A stretch of 64,000 nt of DNA from Paragordius varius (lineage: Eukaryota > Animalia > Nematomorpha): assembly GCA_964247055.1 (NCBI GenBank), contig OZ176051.1, positions 6,882,001-6,946,000 of the forward strand. The letters are read 5' to 3'. The stretch's first letter is position 1; the number at the start of each line of letters is the position of its first letter. The position numbers and the translations under genes are program-made. Positions 53,610-64,000 of this stretch are shown here, piece by piece. Below the pieces are notes generated by a model, which saw nothing but the letters and a program-made list of their open reading frames with translations, searched no databases and had not been told where the DNA came from.

Positions 53610-54270
53610 AATTGGGGGAATGGGGTATTATATGGAGAATTGAGGGATCTTAAACCAAATTAAAAAATTTACAGGTTAATTAAAAACCCAAACTTAAAAA
53701 AATGGGTTTGTTGTCAATTCATCTTGAATTTCAAAAACTGTACATGGCAATTTTTTTTTAATATTCTATGATATATTACAGTATGAGTAAGTAAGTATAC
53801 ATTGCTAGGAAGTTTTTAATTATTGTCAAATAGCATATTTTGCTGCATACGCTATTTGGCAATAATCAATAACTTTCTAGCATTATATACCTACTCACAC
53901 TGTAAATTGGGGGAATGGGGTATTATATGGAGAATTGAGGGATCTTAAACCAAATATAAAAAATTTAACAGACTTATTTAAAAATCCCAAAATTAAAAAA
54001 ATGGTTTTATCCTCAATTTATCTTTAGTTAAAACTTTTAACATGGTAATTTGTTTCATTTTTAATATTCTATGATATATTACAGTATGAGTAAGTATTGT
54101 TAGAAAGTTATTAATTATTGTCAAATAGCTTATACAACAAAGGGCAGTATTAGCCTATAGTTATTTTTTTCCTTTTTTACTATTATTAGCCAATAATAAT
54201 TCTCTTTGGTGCATATGCTATTTGGCAATAATTAATAACTTTTTAGCAATATATCCTAACTCACACTGTA
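53610..54270. repeat. Direct tandem duplication of a ~295-bp unit
   Basis: Both units start AATTGGGGGAATGGGGTATTATATGGAGAATTGAGGGATC and end CTCACACTGTA. The second copy has a ~70-bp insertion. Confidence 0.9.
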
Positions 54271-54735
54271 ATTAGGGCCGATAATCTAAAACGTATTTAA
54301 AGTTATTTATAGACGCGGCATACATCTATACTGAAATGTTGATTTTATTTGATAGCTACCACCATATTATGGCCCAAGAGTAGATAGATAGATATTTTTT
54401 ATTTACCTAACCTCTTTTTATGACATTCTCATGCTATAGTATCTGGTAAAAAAAATTCGTGGGTACCCCAAATTATTTATCTCTCTATTGGTTAATAAGG
54501 GAAATAGTGTCGTGTGGTTGGTAATTCACACAGGACTAAGTGTTGTATTTATTTACAAATTATATCTAACGATTTAACCCGTTTTTTCAAATCATTAAAT
54601 TGGTTGACCCTGAAACGTATATTTTAGGGAGAAAAGGACGAAGTCAAATTATATAATTTTTTATTTGGTTATTTTTTTTAAAAGAAAAAATTTATATAAA
54701 AATTGATTTAATTATTATAATATAAACAAGTAATT

Positions 54736-57493
54736 ATGAATCGATTCTCAGCAATTCAAATTCTACTCTTAGTTATTGCAACATATTTTGCAGGTCAGTT
54801 TTTAATTATTTAAAGAGGTATACAAACCTGACAAATTTATAATATAATTTTAATTAGGTTTAATTATGTAGTTTGAAAAGATTTTAAGGAAGTTTTAAAA
54901 GTTACTTAAAATCTAAAGATTACTTTTTTGCAATAATTGTTCGTTGTTCCTCAGATTTTTGTCGAAGGAGAATAATTTATTGCCTTAAAATATTTTTATT
55001 TTGATTTAATTTATATTGTGTGGTGCTCTTTTTGAAATGGATTTTTACGCCATAATATTTCACAGCTTTCAATATATTATGATATTTTAGTTACATTGTC
55101 TGATGGGGAAACCGACCGAAATTATGTTAGCTATTCAGAACTCTGTAATATACGCAGACCTGGCTTTTACAATGTTAAAGATTATCCATATGTGCGCGGC
55201 AATCTCAAATTCAAGTATTTTTTTCATTTCTTATTTCAACAAAAATATTTAAATTTATTCCTTTTTTTCAAAATAACAGGCTGAAGTTTTTCAAAATTCT
55301 GGAGCTTATTAAAATTGTAATTTGCACCGAGAATTTAGTCTCTACGCATACACACACAAAAATAAATTGCTTTGGAATATAATTATGCAAAAAACGAAAT
55401 CTTTCCTTCTATTAGTTCATTTTATTACCATTATTTATACTTTTATATTTATCTATCCATTTATCTAATATGAGGTGGACACATCAATTCCCGAGACACC
55501 TATAATTTTATATCATTGATAAAAGTCCAAGAATCTTGATTCTTTTTTATGTAACTGAAAAAAAAGTTTTTTCTACAGATTTATATAATAAAAAAGAGTT
55601 AAATTCTATTATTTTGATCGTGGCATGCATGTTTCACTAAAGAAAGCACAAAACAGCATCAACTATATGTTGACATTTTTTGGGGTCGCAAAACAAATAT
55701 AACCCAGATTAAGAGAAGTTAATATACCTCTATTGAGCTCCTTGATGTTTTAGTTTTTATACACGCTTAAATAACTCCACTCAAGGTTATATGCGGGTTG
55801 GTTATTATTTATAACAAGCCCAAAATATAATTTATCGAGCTGAAATAGCCTTGAAATAATTTTATGCTTATTTGACATATATTATGTTTAAAATGTATTG
55901 AATAAAATGTATAAATAATATATGGTTAAATTTAATGGAAAACCTTAAAATTAAAAAGTCTTGATATATCATCTCGTTATTGATACTATTAAAATGCCTT
56001 GAATAGTGGATTATTGATATTTTTCTATCTGAAATTTATAGTTGATATAAATTTATATTGTAGGAAGTTACCATTGGTTAAAAGGAAGGATTGTATTTAT
56101 GTGTCTTACGGTTCCGACTTTCGGGTCAAGAAATTGTTCAAGAGAAAGGTTGTAAACATCTTTTGCAATGAGAAATTCAGTCATATGATCAAAGCTAATT
56201 TCGCTCTCAACTACACTATAACCATGAATACTCCAGAGGTATGCGCTGGTACAAAAAAATATTTAATAAAAAATATATTTGGTTTTCTAATTTTACAAAT
56301 AACTACTATTTATATTAAACTTCTAACTCTTAAATTCACATTCAAATATTACAATTTCACCCTAATAAATTGTCTTTCAAACAAAGTTATGATTTTGAGC
56401 TAAACTAATCTACAATTCAATAACATATTTGTTTTTGGCACAGATATCATTTTTTTCTTTCCTTAGGTAATTTGTTAATTTGGTTTTAGTTTCCCGGGTA
56501 AAAAAATTAAAAAAAAAATATTTTAACCTTAAAAAACTGATCCTTAGTTTAGATAGTTTTAAGATGGTAAATTATGCCAAAAAACTACATAGTAAACTAA
56601 ATAAAACCAATCTCCGTCACCAGGTTCGAAATATCAACGAAATGGAATGTATATGTAGCTATAAACTTTTTTTAAAGATTAATTAAAGAATGGTGAAATT
56701 TTAAATAATTAAAGGATATGATTCGATATGATGTGGGTGTAGATAAAATGTGTTCCTTGTCTTACGCTAAAATTTCAATATCTCATCTAATTGTTTTGGG
56801 CAGATTTATCATTCTCAGCAAATAATTAAATTTATAAATATCAAATCGCTAAATTTGTTCATATCTAAATTTTGAAGGTACCAATCGTTTTACATACCGA
56901 ATACGATAGTCCCACCGATACAAGCTTTGTTATGCTTATGCATCTTAGCCACGCTTCAATTAGGATAAAGCCTCTTAGGGGAATCAGAAAGGTAAAAACG
57001 CATAAAATTAATATTTTCTGTTATCAAGAAAAGTTGTTTATATATAGTTTTACACTATACAGTAAAATTCATAAAGGCAAATATTTTTTTTAAAAGACCG
57101 CTCTATACTTTTATATTTGATTTAGTTATTATACTACAAATTATCAAATAGAGATGTGTAAATTGGTAATGCTACATCCTTATATATTTTACAAATGTTA
57201 TTTATTGAATATGTATATAAAAAGGGTTTTAAAAAGTATATGGCTGTCTTTTGAAAAAAAACATATTTATCCCGTTTTCGTCTGCATAATTTAATTTTTA
57301 CTGTAAGGTTTTCGTTTAATTATATGTCTAGACATCCCTATACCAACATTTTGATTCATTGAGAATCGTGATGGAAAAATTTGATGGAACAATGTCTGAA
57401 GAAACTTATCCCAACTATATGGTTACAACATTGGATTTGGAACCTTACGTGAACGTTGAAGATGAGGATAAATTCATTAGCAATAAAATTTGG
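54736..57493 (+). CDS. Unidentified secreted protein, divergent family copy C (3' end unresolved)
   Basis: Exons 54736-54793 (MNRFSAIQILLLVIATYFA signal peptide), 55091-55214 (ELCNIRRPGF), 56064-56238 (KLPLV...), 56878-56991 and 57332-57493 (TSLYQHF...), with compatible phases 1, 2, 0, 0. Motif-level similarity to copies A and B. Confidence 0.55.
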
Positions 57494-57765
57494 GTTAATA
57501 AGAATTTCACAGTTTGCGCCCATTAAAAACTATTTTTATATATGATTATTATTTAATTTTATTTTACTACTTATTGATGAATGCACAACAGCACTAAAAC
57601 CAATTTATATGATTGTGATAAAAACAAATGGGACAATTAAATAAAGAATTTAGCTTCTGTCCGATACGAATATATTACTTATTATTTAAAATAATTTAAT
57701 GATATAATAAATATTTTAAAAGAGATGCCTTCCCATATGTCAAGGATTCTTGTTATTAGATAACA

Positions 57766-58180
57766 CAGTGTCCACAAAAAAATAAGCTAATAATATATAT
57801 CTGATAGGAAAATGTATCATGATTATTTATAATGGTGCTTTTGGTTTTAGCCCCGAGTTATATAAGAAAGTTAACACTTTTTCCGTATCGAAAAATGGCA
57901 AATTTGCGGACATTTTTTTAAATAATATTTTTTGGTGAAGCTACATATGGTTCTTTCCAAAAATACCACTAACATATACCATAAACTACCTATAAAAAGC
58001 AGAGGAATATTTTTTAAAACATTTAATATGGTAAAATTTGACATCGAAAACATATATTTTTAAAAAACCACACTTTTTACAAAAATTTAATTTGCAAAAT
58101 TTGACTTCATCTAATTTTTAAACAACATGAAAACGGTATAAAAATGCTTTTAGATATTTTAAAACACTTCATATAAATTT
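57766..58180. mobile_element. Copy of the old CAGTGTCCACAAAA long-TIR family (right end approximate)
   Basis: Same start motif as 10883 and similar following ~250 bp. Confidence 0.4.
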
Positions 58181-58907
58181 AATGATGCAGAACATATCTA
58201 TTACCTCAGGATTTCGATTAATATATTCGTTCATGCGTAAATTTATGTCAAATATAAATTGTGTTGAAAGTAAACAAACCTTGAAATTAAAATTCTGAAG
58301 CGATGGAAATATTCAGCAAGGGTTTGCATTTAAAATATTTTTTTTAATATCCAAATACAGCATATAATGTTTATCGCACAAATCCCAAGATATCTCGATT
58401 CTATATATTATAAAAAGCTATACGATATAATGTAATTTACAATTTAATAGATAAAACCTTGACAGTTAGGATTGTATTCATCACTAAATTAGTGAATTCA
58501 AAATTTACAGGCATTATTAATTATAGAGCAAATTGAAAAAGATACTATATTAAATAAATATTAAATATTAACAATTTTATTACTAATTATTTTAGCGTTT
58601 GCTTTCACATATAACTTCTATTGTTTTGTGTTGGCAAAAATTGGAAAGTTATCACACATTATCCAAAATTAAGCTATGTTGGCTATATATAAAATATACC
58701 TACCTTTGTTGTCTATTTTTAAATTTTTGGCAAATTTTTCAAACCGGTTTAGTTTTAAACTATAAGGAAGGAAAAAATTTAATTTGTTTGTTGTAATGAA
58801 TTGGGAGAGTGTAGTCCCATAGAATTTCACTGTGGCTCATTTTTCAAGCATTCCAATTAATTTAGATCATACTTTATATTTAAAAGCTAAATTATATTAC
58901 TCCTATA

Positions 58908-59213
58908 TATACCATTTACGGTTCAAATTCACCCTTAAACAATTCAAATTCACGCTTGAACAATTCAAATTCACCCTATAAATAATTTATGAATTTTCCG
59001 TCAAATATAACTCATCATTAAAATTAAACATATTTTTATGAAAAAGTTTTTTATTTTTTCAGTATTATTTTGATTACATACAAAATTTCTTTTTTAAAAA
59101 ATATAAAAAATAAAGGTAATATATAATTTTAAAAATCATTATTTATTTTAGGGTGAATTTATTGTTCGAAAGTGTTGAATTGTTTAAGGGTGAATATAAC
59201 TATAAATGGTATA
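58908..59213. mobile_element. R21-b MITE
   Basis: TATACCATTTACGG.../...TATAAATGGTATA termini with subterminal 21-bp units. Confidence 0.8.
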
Positions 59214-59460
59214 TCTAATTTAAATATAACTGATAAATTAGATCGGTTACATGTTTAAGCCGACTTATAATTATAAAACATTCTAGATTACCCCACCTCA
59301 TAATAATTTAGGTTAATAATCTGCATTCATCCATATATACAATTTTTTTTAAATAATCCCGTTTCCCATATAATTAAGAGAGGTAGTATATGGGTTGGAA
59401 TTACTACCAGTTTTTTTTATATTGCATGGAAAATAATCAATTATATCAACACTATCTTAA

Positions 59461-59990
59461 CACTTCGATTCAAATTGGGGTATTTAACCCCTGACTAAAT
59501 TTGAATTAGGATTTTTAAAAAACTGAAGGAAACGGTTCCAATTTAAATTTATGCTTCTATCCTAATAAAAATTATATAAATATGCCAAAATATCTAAATA
59601 AAATTTTGTTTTGAAAAAAAAGTTCCATGTCAAACTACTTCGACGCCATTTTTATTTTACATAATTTTTGCAAAATATCGTCTTCATTTAATTTTAAGGG
59701 TAAGCTAATTTAAAAAAAATCGGTTTATTTTGTATATTTTTCAATTTTACCATTGCATACATGTCACGTTGACTAAATTTTTACCTTTCGGTTTTTAAAA
59801 TAATAAATATCAAGTATTTATGAATAAGGTTTTTTTATATTTCGGTTTATTAATGTTATATAAGAGCAAAATTTTGCTATGGTTTCGATTCCTTCCATAT
59901 TTTTACAGGATTTAATTTTAAACAAGCCTGGGGTAATTAACTACCCCAATTTGAATCGAAGGACTAAAATGAATGTGTTGTATCCAAGTG
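59461..59990 (+). mobile_element. piggyBac-like MITE (family PB)
   Basis: TTAA at 59457-59460, TCAA on the right. Full-length match to the family. Confidence 0.85.
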
Positions 59991-60003
59991 TCAATATCCA
60001 TAG

Positions 60004-61073
60004 GTGAAATTCAATATTTAAGTACCTCTTGTTCATGTTTTGTAATGGCCATTAAAACCCCTCGTAAAAAAATTTGTCCAAACTTATGCTTGATTCTAAG
60101 ATTACCTGAAAAAAGAGCTGCTTGGTATTCATCATCTGTTTAAAGAACTGCTTTTATTAACCATAACTTTTAAATCTTTGGATCACATTTACTTGCATAT
60201 CAAAAACCTGAATATTATTACTGGAAAATTCTTAAACGTTTCTACTTGGGCGCACATATGTTAAGGATTAATAAAATATTTGACAAAACCCAAAATTATA
60301 TAAGTATATACTCCAGAATAGCGTTATTAACGACTAGGCTCGGTGCCGTTTTATTATAAAACCCCACCGAAGTTTCCTTATCTCCAACCGTATTCCACCA
60401 AGTAAAACCACGGAGCTGAATACTAACAAGGTTGTGATGGGTACCACACTATTTTGCATATTTTATTGCTTTTTAATTTGGCATTTTCTTAGCGAAATAT
60501 GGTTGGTGCTTCATTGATTTAAGATAATTTTTACATATACGGTAAGCAGTTGAGAAATTTGGAAACAAATAATGACATACGGTATATCTGGATACACTTA
60601 AATGTTAAAAATGGAGAGTCGGACTTATACATTACACATGTCAACGATGTTTGACAATCATTCTATTAATAAAATTGTAATCGGTAGCGATGTCAATTGT
60701 AACGAAAATTAAATAATCATTCTTTAAACTCAATCAATTCGTAAAAAAATATTTACGTGTAAAATGTCTCGCCTATAATGTCAAGAGAGAGAGTCGAAAT
60801 TTGAATCATATTGATTTCTATTATTGCAAAATTAAAAAATTAATTGAAACATTCACTTACGTTTTTGGTTTTATACAGATTTTATATCATACGAAATCTC
60901 AAATTGATTTTACTGGATTATCAAACGCACGAATTACGGGCAGTTATAATCTTGTCAGTGGATGGTCAACTTTCTCTGAAATTTTTATGCAATTAAAAGT
61001 TGGTTCTTTTGAAACTCGGTTATTCAGGACTACGATGTTTCATTATAAAAATATTTTCCAAAGTTCTAATTAA
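60004..61073. other. Exon-like sequence of unresolved strand and frame (possibly the 3' end of copy C)
   Basis: Raised GC and several 50-60-codon open frames on both strands. An acceptor-preceded + strand ORF ends at 61073 (ILYHTKSQIDFTGLSNARITGSYNLVSGW...). No recognisable family. Confidence 0.25.
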
Positions 61074-62489
61074 GACCTTTTGGTACATAATTAATATTTA
61101 ATTTTTGTTTATTTAGCAACAGATTTATTGACGAATCAGCAAAAAATCATTTAAAAATGCAAATAAAAAAATATAAATATAATGGAAGAAACCATAAAAT
61201 GAATACACCTAAATGTTTTTATCTAATAACTTAAATCAATGCTTATGTATATTCAATGGGGAATGCGCCGACTATCGGTTAAATACTAGCGGGCACCGCC
61301 AAAATCGGCTTAGTTTTAAGTCCAAACATTATTTCAGAATTTAACATCCTTCCCCCTGTAAAATATTTTTTACGTGAAAATAATTTAGAAAGCAAAGATT
61401 CAGAACATAGTTTTTTGATTTCCAGGTGGGTAGGAGTCTACCCTTTGTAAAAATTTCCACCATACAGACGTAAAGTGGCATATATTCTAATATGTGCCAA
61501 GCTGAGACAATATGAATTTAAATATTAGCTCAGCGTTTCTTTTTTAATGTCTTTTGGTAAGGTTCCAATCTCTGAGTGCACCACTATATAAAAATGTGTG
61601 GTTTGAAATCAATTTATTGGATTTTGATAATATATGGATTAAATATTGGTTTACTTTCCCAAATAAAAACAAAAATATTTGTCAACCACTTTTTAAATAA
61701 TTGTCACCATGTAAAATAACGTGGTTTTGAAGAAACTTTTCCCCCAAGTACTGTAAATATATAAATTCCATCATTAAATATTGCTTTGAGTGCAGCGTTT
61801 TTGGCCCCTGGGTGCCACACCCTTTTGTAAAATAAACCACCATATAAACATAACGTGTCTTTAAAGCAATTCTTTGGACTATGAGATTATATAGATTCAA
61901 TATGGTTTTATGATAAAAACAAAAATAGTTGTTAACGGCTTTTTAAAATAATTGGGGAAAGCTCCACCCTATTTTAAACACTACCATATAAAAACAACCA
62001 GGTTCTGATAATATCCCTAAAAAATCCTACGAAACCATAAAAATTTATTTGGCATTTTTCGTAAACAAAATTTTAACCAAATATTTCGTTTTAAACTAGT
62101 CGGTAGTTAAAGCCCCATCTTGTGATAAACACGCCACTTTAAATAATACGCAGCTGATAATTTATATAGTGGAAAATCCATTGAACGAATGAGAAATCAT
62201 GCACAATTTTAATTTTTACACTTGCACGGATCGTCCTACCCTCAGTTAATTGGTCAAATTAATTTCTTAGACTAGACAAAAATTAGAGGTCACTGCTAGT
62301 AGTAAATCGAAATAAAATAATTAAATTATTTATTCAATATATATATCGAAAATTACATTTAAATTATATTGATAAAATACATATGTGTAGAAAACACACA
62401 TGTTTTGTTACTTTAAAAAAACTTCGTATTATATTATATATATTTAATAAAAGTGAAAAATAGTATAAATATAAACAAACATAAGATAT

Positions 62490-63732
62490 TTAGGCCAACA
62501 AAAGCCATGCTATAAAAAGGAGAGCAACCCAGACAAAGATTTGTGAAAGAAACTGATCATCGGGATAGTAAGGGATGCTATCATATATATAAATATAAAA
62601 AAAATACAAATATTAATAATTAAAATAAAATATATGTAATAGATAACTTGTCATGTGAAAAACCAAAAAAATGATAACAAAAACCATGGCTTTTATGCCA
62701 ATTTTAATATCTTTTTTTAGAGAAAAATACATTTTCAATATCCTTAGAGAAAAATAAATTTATATTACATAATCATCATCATAAAAGATAGGACTCCAAA
62801 TTCGAAATTTTCATACCACAAAGTAATTCATATTGATAATATTTATACTTCGTGGAATCTGAGGCGATTTTTTTACGTAACACATGCCCTTGTGTAAAAC
62901 TAATGATTTACCAGATCATTAGAAACTGGCCTTTGCCGTTAACGCATTTTCATGCCCCAGCCAACACCGCGGGGAGGTAACAATAGGACTTTAAATAAAA
63001 AAGATTAAAATTCCCATTTTTTATATCAATTATTTTAGAAACAGTTAAAAAATATATAATTTAATAATAACTTGACAAAAGTTCTTCCACACATTTGTCT
63101 AGTAATTTATTTTTGGTATTACTACTATATAATTTTTTATCCAATTTGTATTAGCCACACGCAGTATAAAAAATATTTCTTTGATAATCCTATAATCAAT
63201 ATAGATACATAATAGCACCTGATAATTTTACACCAAGGTATCATTATACTATGTAAAAGCTTAAAAGTTTACAGTTTATGTTTTCTTTTATCTGGTAACA
63301 CATAATTATACAATACCAGTTATGACTGTTCTAGCGTTGGGAACTCCTACTCCTCCACCACCACCGCTTAAATTAAAGAGGGTCGAAATGAATCCAAACG
63401 GAAAAGCACCAATCCCAAAAGACAGGTGAAAAGTGCCTCCCCCATCACCAGATGCCGTCGTATTTTGGGAGGGATAAAAGAGAAAAGAGTCGAAATAATT
63501 CATAAAAGTAGTGTTATTATCAGCAGACGATGCTTTATTTGCTGAACGTTTGGGTGTAGGCCTAGGAGGGCATTTAAATCTATTATTGGTACTATTACTC
63601 TGTTGATGTGATGTGGAATTTGGTTGAGATGGTGATGTTTGTTGCGAAGAAGTAGTGTTTGAGGGGCCTCGACCATACAAAGGAATAACTTTGTCCTGTG
63701 AAATGGGATCTTTACATACGGGGCATTCAGTT
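62490..63732 (-). CDS. RNF185: E3 ubiquitin ligase RNF185/RNF5-like, 3' part (5' RING exons beyond the window)
   Basis: Exon 63732-63317 (ECPVCKDPISQDKVIPLYGRG...PPRP...FHLSFGIGAFPFGF), a probable 19-nt exon 63291-63273, and a last exon 62577-62490 (DDQFLSQIFVWVALLFIAWLLLA*). RNF5 versus RNF185 orthology not resolved. Confidence 0.88.
63292..63316 (-). other. Probable 25-nt GT-AG intron (RNF185)
   Basis: GTATTGTATAATTATGTGTTACCAG. Together with a 19-nt exon it reconciles a phase-1 donor with the phase-2 acceptor of the last exon. Confidence 0.6.
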
Positions 63733-64000
63733 CTAGATATAAGATAAAGGATATAGGAATGAGTCAGAAAGGTGTAATTAATAATTAAGAATATAATTAA
63801 TATTTACAGGAAAAAGGTTTTCTGGTTTATTTATATTAGAATAAAAATCCGTAAAGTACTGTCAAATAATTTTGTGATATAAATAAAAAATCAAAATTTA
63901 TAATGGAAAACAAAAAATATTTTCCGTGTATTGAAACTTTTACAAATAAGTCAATAAAAGTAGCATAGTTACTTAAAAGGTTTGGTTTCAAACCATTGGT

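Noticed and set aside
57494-57512. Possible 19-nt intron in gene C
   Set aside because: GT-AG bounded, but both spliced and unspliced readings stop within ~11 codons and there is no homology to anchor it.
1-64000. tRNA, rRNA, telomeric or spliced-leader RNA genes
   Set aside because: None recognised by eye. A tRNAscan/Infernal run would be needed to exclude divergent copies.

Overview
Very AT-rich animal (metazoan) genomic DNA; the species cannot be determined from the window. Five conserved genes can be reconstructed by hand: GLYR1/NPAC (intronless), OSTM1, KMT5A/SET8, an alpha7-like nicotinic acetylcholine receptor alpha subunit with a ~500-aa M3-M4 loop, and the 3' part of RNF185/RNF5. 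There are also three copies of an unidentified secreted-protein family, at least one frameshifted. Intergenic DNA and long introns are filled with MITEs, a hAT/Buster element with a perfect target-site duplication (TSD), decayed mariner and RTE LINE relics, foldback elements and a possible Helitron. The standout observation is a class of ultra-short GT-AG introns of 21-25 nt: 3 in OSTM1, 3 in SET8 and probably 1 in RNF185. They are needed to rebuild conserved reading frames, appear to occupy ancestral intron positions, have a distinctive GT(A/T)T donor, and coexist with ordinary 0.1-2.3 kb introns. All gene models were spliced by eye and need RNA-seq confirmation. Comparisons with human proteins and exon structures are from memory, not from searches.
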